A DNA stretch of 64,000 bases. Source: Candidatus Latescibacterota bacterium. GTDB taxonomy: Bacteria > Latescibacterota > UBA2968 > UBA8231. The stretch lies in NCBI GenBank assembly GCA_965219385.1, contig CBDCNM010000001.1:670631-734630 (forward strand). Reading direction: 5' to 3'. This document shows positions 1 through 9,324 of the stretch, one piece after another (within the stretch, counting starts at the first letter, position 1; every line of letters begins with the position of its first letter). Below the pieces are notes generated by a model, which was not told where the DNA came from, made no database searches, and saw only the letters and a program-made list of their open reading frames with translations. A program made the translations under genes and the position numbers.

Positions 1-4
1 AGAC

Positions 5-853
5 ATGGGGCGCACAAATAGCATGAGGGGGAAGAAATCCATGGTCGTTCCGCTCACGGGCAAAGGCAAGGGCCAATCGAGGAAAATTTGTTGGGGTCTG
101 TTGGTCTATACCCTGCTGGTGGTGGTAATAGGGGGGCTGGTATTCGCAGGGGTGCATATAGCCCGGCATTTTTCCGAATCGTCCAGTTTCAGGCTGGCTG
201 CGCTTGAAGTCCAAGGCTTGCACCTGCTGAAGGGCGGGGATATCCTGGCGGCCAGCGGTCTCCAGGTGGGGGACAATATCTTTGAAGTCAATCTGGAAAA
301 AGTTGGGGGACGCCTCGAGCGCTTGCCCTGGGTGAAGCAGGCCCTGGTCGTGCGCAAGCCTCCCGATCGACTGATGGTTTCTATCGTCGAACGCCGGCGT
401 CTGGCCTGGATCGAGTTGGAGAAGCTCTACGGTATCGATAGCGAAGGGATACTGCTGCCCGGGCGCTGGGCGGAAGAATCCTATCGAGATCTCGATTTAC
501 CGGTTTTCAGAGGGTTCAGAGCAATTCAGGACTCTCTGGGCCTGGGGGAAACTGTAGCAGATTCCGTTGTGGCACGGATCCTGGAATGGTGGCAAAAGGC
601 CAGTGCAATCGACGCGGACTTCTGCTTGAATGTGTCGGAGATACAGCCACTCGATGATAGCAGTATACGCCTCCGCCTGGTGGGAGATGGGCTGGAAGTC
701 CGCCTGCCTGTAGACAGGGTTGGAGAACGGCTCAGGATTCTCAAAAAGCTCATGAATCGGGTCTACCTTGAATGTCCGGAACCAACCTATATCGACCTCA
801 GGTTCGCCGGGCAGGTAGTGGTTGGCAGTAAAAGCGCGCAACGGCGTATCTGA
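5..853 (+). CDS. ftsQ: Cell division protein FtsQ/DivIB (start may be a downstream ATG)
   Basis: Single N-terminal TM, POTRA-like segment (LERLPWVKQALVVRKPPDRL), C-terminal YIDLRF motif, directly upstream of ftsA-ftsZ. Confidence 0.9.
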   Translation: MGRTNSMRGKKSMVVPLTGKGKGQSRKICWGLLVYTLLVVVIGGLVFAGVHIARHFSESSSFRLAALEVQGLHLLKGGDILAASGLQVGDNIFEVNLEKVGGRLERLPWVKQALVVRKPPDRLMVSIVERRRLAWIELEKLYGIDSEGILLPGRWAEESYRDLDLPVFRGFRAIQDSLGLGETVADSVVARILEWWQKASAIDADFCLNVSEIQPLDDSSIRLRLVGDGLEVRLPVDRVGERLRILKKLMNRVYLECPEPTYIDLRFAGQVVVGSKSAQRRI

Positions 854-877
854 ACGAAAGCGAAGGAGAGTAGCGGC

Positions 878-2125
878 ATGGCGCATGGGGGCATGGTGGT
901 TGGTCTGGATCTCGGTACTACCAAGATCTGCGCCGTCATCGCTGAACGAATGGCCCACGGGGGGATACATATCATCGGGGTGGGAAATAGTTCGTCCGAT
1001 GGACTCCGGCGGGGCGTGGTCGTGGATGTGGAGAAGACCGTCCTGTCGATCAAGAAGGCCGTGGAAGAAGCCGAATTGATGGCCGGAGTGGAGGTCAGTT
1101 CGGTCTACGCCGGCATTGCCGGTGAACATATCGGCAGTCTCAATAGTCGCGGGATCATCGCCATTGGGGGCCACGCCCGGGAAATAGTTACGGCGGATCG
1201 AGAGCGGGTTGAGGAAGCGGCGTGCGCCGTGGCAGCTGTGCCCATTGACCGCGAGGTTCTCCACGTCTTGCCGCAGGAATTCATGGTAGACGACCAGAGG
1301 GAAATTCGCGACCCTACAGGCATGTCCGGGGTGCGCCTGGAGGTCGATGTGCACATCGTTACCGGCGCGGTGACTTCGGCACAGAATATCTGCAAGAGCA
1401 TTTTGCGGGCGGGTATCGAGGTGAGAGACATCGTGCTGGAGCCTCTGGCGTCGAGTTGGGCGGTTCTGGATGAGGAGGAAAAAGAAATGGGGATTTGTGT
1501 GGTGGACGTCGGAGGAGGTACCACGGATATGGCTCTCTTCGCCCAGGGCAGTGTGCGCCACACCGGTGTCATTGGCCTTGGAGGACAGAATGTAACCAAC
1601 GATGTCGCCATTGGGTTGCGCACTTCCTGGCCGCACGCGGAAAAAATAAAGTGCGATCGCGGAACGGCGCTGGCAGGGCGCGTCGATGCGGAAGAAATGG
1701 TCGAGGTCCCGGGCATTGCCGGCCGGCCGCCGCGCTCAGTTTCGCGCCGGGATCTGGGGGCTATTATCGGGCCGCGCATGGAAGAAATTTTTACCATGGT
1801 ACGCCGGGAACTTGTGGAGAGGGCTGGGGGCAATATGCCGCATTCCGGCGTCGTCCTGACGGGTGGAGGCGCCCTGCTCAATGGGGCCGTCGAACTGGCC
1901 GAGCAAGTATTTGAGAGACCGGTGCGCCTGGGGGTGCCCCGGGGCGTTGAAGGTATGGCAGAAAGAGTGACGAGCCCTGTCTATGCCACGGCGCTGGGAC
2001 TGGTCTTGTTGGGCGCGGAAAACCGGACAGCGACCAATGGGCAGCACAAGCCCGACAGACTCAGTGAAGGAAAATTCGACACCGTCTTGACGCGCATGAA
2101 GGAGTGGTTCCAGGGCTTAATCTAG
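878..2125 (+). CDS. ftsA: Cell division protein FtsA
   Basis: GLDLGTTKI, VDVGGGTTD and VLTGGGA actin-fold motifs; C-terminal amphipathic helix (MKEWFQGL). Confidence 0.97.
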   Translation: MAHGGMVVGLDLGTTKICAVIAERMAHGGIHIIGVGNSSSDGLRRGVVVDVEKTVLSIKKAVEEAELMAGVEVSSVYAGIAGEHIGSLNSRGIIAIGGHAREIVTADRERVEEAACAVAAVPIDREVLHVLPQEFMVDDQREIRDPTGMSGVRLEVDVHIVTGAVTSAQNICKSILRAGIEVRDIVLEPLASSWAVLDEEEKEMGICVVDVGGGTTDMALFAQGSVRHTGVIGLGGQNVTNDVAIGLRTSWPHAEKIKCDRGTALAGRVDAEEMVEVPGIAGRPPRSVSRRDLGAIIGPRMEEIFTMVRRELVERAGGNMPHSGVVLTGGGALLNGAVELAEQVFERPVRLGVPRGVEGMAERVTSPVYATALGLVLLGAENRTATNGQHKPDRLSEGKFDTVLTRMKEWFQGLI

Positions 2126-2168
2126 GGGTTGTCCGAAGTCTCTTATCTCAACTCAAGGAGGAAAGGTC

Positions 2169-3323
2169 ATGACATTTAAGATTATAGACAACGATCGCAA
2201 GGCTAAAATCAAGGTGGTAGGTGTTGGAGGGGCCGGTGGCAATGCCATCAACCGGATGATTGCCTCGGGTATGCACGGGGTTGAATTCATTGCCGTCAAT
2301 ACGGATGGCCAAGTCCTGGAGACCTCCTCGGCGGATATATGCCTGTGTATCGGCGATGCCGTCACCCACGGGCTTGGCGCCGGCGCCAAGCCCGAGTTGG
2401 GACGCCAGGCGATTGAAGAGGACCGTGAGAAAGTGGCCGAAAAGCTGATGGATGTGGATCTCGTCTTCATCACCGCGGGTATGGGGGGGGGCACGGGGAC
2501 CGGAGCCGCTCCGACCGTGGCCGAGATTGCCCGTGAGCAAGGTTCGCTGACGGTTGGCATTGTCAGCGAACCTTTCCAGTTCGAAGGCTTTCCGCGCATG
2601 CGCAATGCCACCAGCGGCATAGTCGAACTACAGGACAGGGTGGATACTCTGATCGTGATTAAAAATCAACGCCTGCTGTCAATCTGCTCGCGCGACACGA
2701 CCCTCGAAGAGGCCTTTCTCAAAGCCGATGAGGTCCTGCTGCAGGCAACCCGCGGGATTGCCGATCTGATCACCATACCCGGGATGATCAACCTGGACTT
2801 TATGGATGTCAAGACCATCATCACCGAGGGGGGGGATGCCATCATGGGGGTGGGTGCTCATCGCGGCGAGAACCGGGCGATTGAAGCGGCCAAGAAGGCG
2901 ATCAAGAGTCCCTTGCTCGAAGAGGTCTCTATTGAAGGAGCCAAAGGGGTATTGATCAACATCTCTTCAGGTTCCAATCTGACCTTGTTCGAAGTAAACG
3001 AGGCAACCTCGGTGGTCCACGAAGCCGCGGGCCAGGAGGCCAATATCATCTTCGGCACCGTAATCGACGATAGCCTGGTCGACGAGATTCGGGTGACCGT
3101 GATCGCCACGGGGTTCAATCTCAACAAAGACGGTAGCCTGGAGGTCAGGGAGGAAAGGTCGGCGGTCGCGCCACCGGCTGGTCAGGGCGACATGAACATC
3201 CCAACCTTCATCCGCCGCACTACTGGGAGCGAGGCCAGCAAGCAAGAGGAGGAAGAGGAGCAGCAACTTTCTCCCGAAAAACTGGCGTATCCTACCTTTT
3301 TGCGCCGTAAGATGGGTGGGTGA
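2169..3323 (+). CDS. ftsZ: Cell division GTPase FtsZ
   Basis: IKVVGVGGAGGNA, GMGGGTGTG tubulin signature, INLDFxDV T7 loop, C-terminal PTFLRR peptide. Confidence 0.98.
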   Translation: MTFKIIDNDRKAKIKVVGVGGAGGNAINRMIASGMHGVEFIAVNTDGQVLETSSADICLCIGDAVTHGLGAGAKPELGRQAIEEDREKVAEKLMDVDLVFITAGMGGGTGTGAAPTVAEIAREQGSLTVGIVSEPFQFEGFPRMRNATSGIVELQDRVDTLIVIKNQRLLSICSRDTTLEEAFLKADEVLLQATRGIADLITIPGMINLDFMDVKTIITEGGDAIMGVGAHRGENRAIEAAKKAIKSPLLEEVSIEGAKGVLINISSGSNLTLFEVNEATSVVHEAAGQEANIIFGTVIDDSLVDEIRVTVIATGFNLNKDGSLEVREERSAVAPPAGQGDMNIPTFIRRTTGSEASKQEEEEEQQLSPEKLAYPTFLRRKMGG

Positions 3324-3531
3324 AGGACCGCAAGCGCAATACCAGTGTTACATTATGGCGGTCTACTGAAACTTGGTCTGTGGGCCGCTATATGTTTTTA
3401 GAAGCCTTCTTAGATAGGCCGGGAGAAGGCATGGGCAGGGGAGGTGTCAGGAAGGTGTTGATCGTCCAGGGACATATCTTTATATTTTTCCTAAATGATT
3501 GTTCCGAGGAAGTTTATGCAAGGAGGGTGGC

Positions 3532-3984
3532 ATGGCTGAAATTCGCGTGGGAATTATAATGGGGAGTCAATCGGATGAGGGGGTCATGCAAAAAGGTGCA
3601 CAGATCCTGGACGAACTGGGGGTTGGCTACGAAATGGTGGTGTCTTCAGCCCACCGCAATCCCGAGAAAACCGCCGAGTACGCCAGAGAGGCTTTCGGGC
3701 GCGGGCTCAAAGTCCTGATTGCCGGGGCCGGTCTGGCCGCGGCCTTGCCCGGGGTCCTGGCCGCCCATACCATTCTGCCCATAATTGGCGTCCCGGTCGC
3801 CTCTGGTGCACTGAATGGCCTTGATTCCCTATATTCCATAGTACAGATGCCACCCGGTATCCCCGTGGCTACCGTGGGGATCGACAATGCGAGAAACGCG
3901 GCTATGCTGGCGGCACAGATACTGGCTCTGTCCGACCAGGAGGTGGCCCAGGCCATACGGAAGTTTCGCGAGAAGTGGAATTGA
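3532..3984 (+). CDS. purE: N5-CAIR mutase
   Basis: [24 protein letters not shown] and [14 protein letters not shown] motifs; AGGAGG RBS before ATG 3532. Confidence 0.96.
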   Translation: MAEIRVGIIMGSQSDEGVMQKGAQILDELGVGYEMVVSSAHRNPEKTAEYAREAFGRGLKVLIAGAGLAAALPGVLAAHTILPIIGVPVASGALNGLDSLYSIVQMPPGIPVATVGIDNARNAAMLAAQILALSDQEVAQAIRKFREKWN

Positions 3985-4015
3985 CCTATAACTACTGTAT
4001 TTCGAAAGGATTCAG

Positions 4016-4654
4016 GTGACAGTGTCCAGTTCCAGACGTATTTCTAGATTGCTTTCACTGATGTTGCGCCACCGCTCCAAAGAATTTGGCCTGGAGATGG
4101 ACGAATACGGCTTCGTGGCGCTCGAGGAGATTGCCCGGGCAGTGCGGGAACGCTATGAGGATCTGGGGGAAGAGGATATCCGCAAGTTGATCGAAGAACC
4201 CGATCAACACCGGTTCGAGATCACCGAGAAGGGGATCAGGGCGCTTTATGGCCACAGCTTCTTTGTCGAGATGGACGGGGAGCCCATGGAACCGCCCGAG
4301 CATCTGTACATGTGGTGTACGGTTAATGAGGCACGGCGCTTTGGCGAACAGGGGGTCAAGCCTAAGGATAGATTCTATGTCCACCTCTCTCTTTCGCGCC
4401 AGACAGCCGAAGCCAGGGGCAAGAGAGTGGATGCCCCTTGTGTCGTGGAGGTTCTGGCGCGCAAAGCACACGCGGCTGGTATCGCATTCTACGGGCGTGG
4501 CGAGGTGGTGCTTACCAGTGAAGTGCCCCCTGAGTTTATCGGTGAGATTTCCGCTCTCGAAACACCTGAGGCAGCCAAGGAAGAAAGACCTGAATCCCCG
4601 GCGTCCATGAGTTTTGGACGCCGACTGCGCAAGGGGACCAGAAGAGGTCACTGA
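4016..4654 (+). CDS. kptA: RNA 2'-phosphotransferase KptA/Tpt1 family protein
   Basis: LSLMLRH, RFE, IRALYGHS and RFYVHLS motifs; the usual HGT motif is altered to MWCT. Confidence 0.85.
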   Translation: MTVSSSRRISRLLSLMLRHRSKEFGLEMDEYGFVALEEIARAVRERYEDLGEEDIRKLIEEPDQHRFEITEKGIRALYGHSFFVEMDGEPMEPPEHLYMWCTVNEARRFGEQGVKPKDRFYVHLSLSRQTAEARGKRVDAPCVVEVLARKAHAAGIAFYGRGEVVLTSEVPPEFIGEISALETPEAAKEERPESPASMSFGRRLRKGTRRGH

Positions 4655-4723
4655 AGTGTTTTTCCCGGTGTTTGAATCGGCTTGAGTTTGGACAAAGTTC
4701 TGAACTTGGTCCAGGGTTGAACC

Positions 4724-6835
4724 ATGGCTCAATACGCTGTAACTCTCAGAGATTACTGGCGAATTTTAAAAAGGCGTAAGGGCATGGTTTTGTTCACCGC
4801 CATGGCCGCGGGGGGTTTCAGCTTTATCCTTGCCACCATCTGGAAGGATGCGCCCATGTACGAAGCGGAGGCCAAGGTGCAGTTCAATACGGAACAGGGT
4901 ATCGAGGGTTTTTATGCGCAATACCTTTCTTCTTCCTACGGCATCGGCGGCGACCAGATCGAGACCCAGGAGGCCATCATCACCAGCTTTTCAGTGCTCA
5001 AAAAAGTGGGCGGAGAGCTGGGGTGGTTGGAAGAGGATTTCACTGGCGAGGACACCACCCGCGTGGTCCTCCAACTCCAGGGGCTTATCGATACCGAACA
5101 GGATGGTTCTGCCGCTATCATAACCATTGGGATAGAACATGAAAATCCTATCTTTGCGCGCGATCTGGCGAATATTGTCGCCGAGCAATATGTGGAGTAC
5201 GATTTTGAGCAGAAAAATCAGAAGGCTTTGAAGCAGCGCAAATTTGCCGAAGACAAACTGAATGAGAAGCGCGGAGATTTGAAGGCGGCGGAAGATGCGG
5301 TTAAAGCCTATCGGGAAAAAGCGGATCTGATTTCCCTGGAAGCCCAGACCGGCGTCATCCTGGAACAGGTCAACGAAGCAGAGCGCCGGGTTCGGACACT
5401 GGAACAAAACCTGAACGATCTGGCCACCCTGGAGGAGGAGATGAAGAGCAGGAGGGGAGGGGCCGGAGAGACCATCCAGGGTGCTTCGCGCGCCCAGGTC
5501 GGCGATACCTTCGCGGGACTGGCCCACCAGCTGAACCAGCTGCGTTTGGAACAGAACGGGCTCCTGATCAAGTTCACCGAAAATCACCCCCAGGTGAAGC
5601 AACTGCAGGCGCAACTCGATCAGCTGCAGGACGATCTGGTAAGCACTCTGCAACAGCGCATCAGGACGCTCGAGCGGGAAAAGAAGGCAGAGCAAGAACT
5701 ACTGGATACGCTACGGGTCGAAAAGGAACAATTACCTGCCAAGGGGCTGGAACTGGCGCGCTTGGAGCGCAAGGCCTCCATGGCCCAGGAGCTTGTGGTA
5801 AGCATGGAAGAGCAGTACCAGACCGTGCTGCTCAACTCGGCGCACGAAGTCCGCGATGTGGTGGTTCTGCAGAAGGCCATTACGCCTACACCGAAGAAGC
5901 TCAACCAGCCAGTGCAGCGGGGTTTTATGGGCGTGGCTCTGGGGCTCATCATCGGCATTGTCTTTGCCGTGGTCGCCGAGATCCTGCCCCCCAGGCGCAC
6001 TTTGTCCGTACGCTTCGAGGGTTGTGAACCAGAAGAGGATGAAGAAGAGGGGCTGGTCACGGCAGAATCCAGGTGGGGAATAAGCGCGCGCCGGTTTTGG
6101 CCCTGGGGAGGCAGTGTGTTGCTCGCCCTGATTAGTCTGATCCTGGTCTGGCAGAGTGGGTACCTGACAAAGCCGCTCGGACTTATACCTGTATCCTCTG
6201 ACTACAAGGTATCGGTAGAAGCTGAAGAGGCAGAGGAGGGGTTAGAGGAACAGGCGGTTGAAAAGGCAGTGGTGAGGGATGTAAAGCCGGCTGTTGTAGA
6301 GGCGCCTCCCAAGCCTTTGAGCGTCGGGGCCGCGGATGAGCTCCAGCGCTCTGGAGAACCTCCCAGTAGTTCCGGGAAGAGAGCCGAAGCCTATGCCATT
6401 CGCGTGGCATCTTATCCTCCCTCCAACAAATGGGCGATTCAACACCTGAAACATCTGAGAGAAAATGACCAGGCAGCGTTTTTGGTCCCGGTGGAGGTGC
6501 AAAACCAGCAATGGGAACGGCTGATGGTCGGCGGTTTTGCCACCTGGGATGAAACCTTCATGTACGCGCAGCAATTGCGCCAGAAAGGCCTCATCGAGGA
6601 ATTTGTCATCCTGCGTTTGCCCTACGCAATCGAACTGGAAACTTACCGGGATCTGGAACTGGCCCGCCAGGCTGTAGAAACCCTGCAGGCCAGGGGGTAT
6701 TCAACCTACTGGCAGGTTTTGCCCGACGGTTCGGCCCGGGTTTTATCGGGGGCCTTTGAAACGGACGAAGAAGCCCGGGCCTTTCTGGCCAATATGCCTG
6801 TCGAAAACCGCTCTGCCCAGGTAGTGAGGCGCTGA
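4724..6835 (+). CDS. Polysaccharide co-polymerase (Wzz/GumC/Wzc-N-like) fused to two C-terminal SPOR-like domains
   Basis: LRDYWRILKRRK+TM start, long coiled coil with FTENHPQV, Pro/Gly-rich TM2, third TM, then YAIRVAS...WERLMVGGF and YAIELET...ARVLSGAF SPOR-like repeats; no Walker A kinase domain. Confidence 0.75.
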   Translation: MAQYAVTLRDYWRILKRRKGMVLFTAMAAGGFSFILATIWKDAPMYEAEAKVQFNTEQGIEGFYAQYLSSSYGIGGDQIETQEAIITSFSVLKKVGGELGWLEEDFTGEDTTRVVLQLQGLIDTEQDGSAAIITIGIEHENPIFARDLANIVAEQYVEYDFEQKNQKALKQRKFAEDKLNEKRGDLKAAEDAVKAYREKADLISLEAQTGVILEQVNEAERRVRTLEQNLNDLATLEEEMKSRRGGAGETIQGASRAQVGDTFAGLAHQLNQLRLEQNGLLIKFTENHPQVKQLQAQLDQLQDDLVSTLQQRIRTLEREKKAEQELLDTLRVEKEQLPAKGLELARLERKASMAQELVVSMEEQYQTVLLNSAHEVRDVVVLQKAITPTPKKLNQPVQRGFMGVALGLIIGIVFAVVAEILPPRRTLSVRFEGCEPEEDEEEGLVTAESRWGISARRFWPWGGSVLLALISLILVWQSGYLTKPLGLIPVSSDYKVSVEAEEAEEGLEEQAVEKAVVRDVKPAVVEAPPKPLSVGAADELQRSGEPPSSSGKRAEAYAIRVASYPPSNKWAIQHLKHLRENDQAAFLVPVEVQNQQWERLMVGGFATWDETFMYAQQLRQKGLIEEFVILRLPYAIELETYRDLELARQAVETLQARGYSTYWQVLPDGSARVLSGAFETDEEARAFLANMPVENRSAQVVRR

Positions 6836-7025
6836 GTCGTGAATGTCGACGATGCACTGGTGGCACGAGGACATCCTAAAAAGAAGCATTATTATTACTT
6901 TGTCGTTAGCAGTGCTGGTTCCATAAGTCCCTATTTTTCAGCAGATTACCGAAAGGCTTGAAATCTATCTATTTCTGGTAATGCGCTGTTTCTTCGGAGC
7001 TTATGGCACAACTCCTGATCGGTGT

Positions 7026-7041
7026 TGGCCAGAAGGTTGCG
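7026..7041 (+). promoter_or_regulatory. Putative sigma54 -24/-12 promoter for the DegT aminotransferase gene
   Basis: TGGCCAGAAGGTTGCG with GG and GC 12 bp apart, ~60 bp upstream of ATG 7104. Confidence 0.45.
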
Positions 7042-7103
7042 ACGAAAATGGGCAAAATAGTGCACAAATGAGCATACTATCCGCCAATTAACAAAGTAGT
7101 ATT

Positions 7104-8237
7104 ATGACGGATTTAGTCGAGAAGACCATGCAAGTCCCCATGAACGATCTGCAGGTTCAGTACCAGCAGATAAAATCCGAAATAGACGCAGCTCTGGCCG
7201 CAGTCGTCGAAAATTCTTCCTTTATCCTGGGTCCCCAGGTAAAGGCTTTCGAGGAGGCCTTTGCCGACTACAACGATGTTAGACACTGTATTGGAGTAAG
7301 CAACGGCACGGACGCTCTGAAGCTTGCCTTGCGGGCTGCGGGTATTGGGGAAGAAGACGAGGTAGTTACCACACCTCACACCTTTGGAGCTACCATAGAG
7401 GCGATTGGCGAGGTCGGAGCCAGACCCGTATTCGCGGATATCGAAGACCGGTATTTTACCCTTGACATCAATGAGGTAGAGGATAAGCTTACAAACAAAA
7501 CCAGGGCTATTATCCCCGTCCATATCTACGGCCAGGTCGTGGATATGGATCCCTTGCTGCAACTGGCCGCGGAGCGGGATGTAGTGGTCATCGAGGACGC
7601 TGCCCAGGCTCAGGGCGCACGCTACAAGGAGCGCCTGGCCGGCTCCATGGGCAAAGCGGGCTGCTTCAGCTTTTATCCGGGCAAGAACCTGGGGGCGTAT
7701 GGGGATGCCGGGGGGATCATCACAGATGACGATACGCTGGCCGAGCGCCTGCGCCTGCTGCGCAACCACGGACAGGATCCCCGGCGAAAGTTCTGGTACC
7801 AGGAGCTGGGCTGCAATCACCGCATGGATGGTTTTCAGGGGGCCGTTCTCGGGGTGAAACTGCCCCATCTGGACCCATGGAACCAGCGCCGGCGTCAGGT
7901 CGCCGACCGCTACAATGAAGGGTTGAGAGACATTGAAGCCCTTAAATTGCCGGCTGAGGCCGAATACTCCTTCCACGTCTACCACCTGTACGTTGTGCGG
8001 ACTTCGGATCGCGACGCTCTTGGGGCCGCGCTCAAGCAAGAGGGCATAGACACGGCGGTGCAGTACCCTCATCCCCTGCATCTGACCAAGGCCTATGGGC
8101 ACCTGGGGTACCAGGCGGGCGATCTACCGGTTTGTGAGCAGGCCTGTAAGGAGATCATCTCCCTGCCGATTTTTCCGGATTTGCTGGACGAGCAGGTGGA
8201 CTACGTTGTGGAAAAGATTCGTCAGTATTATATGTGA
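7104..8237 (+). CDS. DegT/DnrJ/EryC1/StrS family PLP aminotransferase
   Basis: NGTDAL, IEDAAQAQGA and FSFYPGKNLGAYGDAG motifs. Confidence 0.93.
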   Translation: MTDLVEKTMQVPMNDLQVQYQQIKSEIDAALAAVVENSSFILGPQVKAFEEAFADYNDVRHCIGVSNGTDALKLALRAAGIGEEDEVVTTPHTFGATIEAIGEVGARPVFADIEDRYFTLDINEVEDKLTNKTRAIIPVHIYGQVVDMDPLLQLAAERDVVVIEDAAQAQGARYKERLAGSMGKAGCFSFYPGKNLGAYGDAGGIITDDDTLAERLRLLRNHGQDPRRKFWYQELGCNHRMDGFQGAVLGVKLPHLDPWNQRRRQVADRYNEGLRDIEALKLPAEAEYSFHVYHLYVVRTSDRDALGAALKQEGIDTAVQYPHPLHLTKAYGHLGYQAGDLPVCEQACKEIISLPIFPDLLDEQVDYVVEKIRQYYM

Positions 8238-8342
8238 GCCGGACCATTCCCCATTCCCGTCCAGCCATCGGCGAGGAAGAGGTGGATGGGAGAAAACGCA
8301 AACTCTGGGTCGGGTTCATCAGCGAATGGAGGTTGAGAGAAG

Positions 8343-9278
8343 ATGTCTGGTATGAAGAAAGCAGCCCGAATCATCCAGGTAATCATGGGGTTGCTTCTCC
8401 TGGTAGCTGGTCTGACCAAGATATGGGATCCGCTGCTGTTTTACTGGGAGAGCATGCCCTATGCTCAGCTATTGGGGATTGAGCCCGAGCGTTGGCCCCT
8501 GGTAGGGAAGCTGGTTCAGGTACTGGGCCCACTCGAATGTGGGTTGGGCTTGGCCCTGGTCTGCAGCTGGCGCCTCCAACTGGTATTTCCGCTGGCTACG
8601 CTGCTGATGGCTTTTTTCACCGGCCTCACCGCGCGGGCCTGGCAAGTGGGAGTGACCTCAAACTGTGGATGTTTTGGCGCCCTGGTGGATCGCTCTCCGG
8701 GCGAAGCTGCGGTCGAGGATACGGTCATGCTGGCGCTCTTAATCTTTGCCTGGTGGGGGACCCGGTCGCTGCCGGGTCCGGTGTGGCCTATGAGCAGGTG
8801 GATAGTGGTCGGAGGCACAGTGCTGGTTCTGGTGGTAGGCGGTGCGCAGTTCCTGATGGGCATGGACCGCCTGGAAAACTCGGACCTGCAGCCGGGCATG
8901 CAGCTGAGTGGCCTGGAGGTAAAGGGGGCGGAAATCGATCTACGGCAGGGGGACTATCTGGTCGAACTCTTCAGTCCGAAGTGCAGTCGTTGTGCCAAGG
9001 TGGTGCCCAAGCTGAATGAGTGGGTGGATACCCCGGGCCTGCCTCAGATCGTCGCACTACACAACATGGGTAAGGACTCGGAGGTAGTAGCGCGGTTCAA
9101 AGAGCATCTGCAACCGCGCTATCAGATCGCCTCGATCTCTTTGATCGATTTCAGGCGTCTCACCTGGAAGTCCGGTTATCCACGGTTGGCCCTGGTGCGC
9201 GATGGGGAGGTAAAGGCGGTGTGGGAGCACTACGAGACGCCCAGTGTTGAGCAGCTGAAGAACGTGATAAACTGGTAG
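8343..9278 (+). CDS. MauE/DoxX membrane protein with C-terminal thioredoxin-like domain
   Basis: Several TMs, NCGCFG motif, C-terminal CSRC CxxC and GYP. Confidence 0.75.
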   Translation: MSGMKKAARIIQVIMGLLLLVAGLTKIWDPLLFYWESMPYAQLLGIEPERWPLVGKLVQVLGPLECGLGLALVCSWRLQLVFPLATLLMAFFTGLTARAWQVGVTSNCGCFGALVDRSPGEAAVEDTVMLALLIFAWWGTRSLPGPVWPMSRWIVVGGTVLVLVVGGAQFLMGMDRLENSDLQPGMQLSGLEVKGAEIDLRQGDYLVELFSPKCSRCAKVVPKLNEWVDTPGLPQIVALHNMGKDSEVVARFKEHLQPRYQIASISLIDFRRLTWKSGYPRLALVRDGEVKAVWEHYETPSVEQLKNVINW

Positions 9279-9324
9279 GTGTCGCCCGCCATGTACGCCT
9301 GCGGGGTGCGCTCGGGCGATGAGG

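Noticed and set aside
7004..7020. sigma54-like TGGCACAACTCCTGAT
   Set aside because: It lacks the GC at -12; the site at 7026 fits better.
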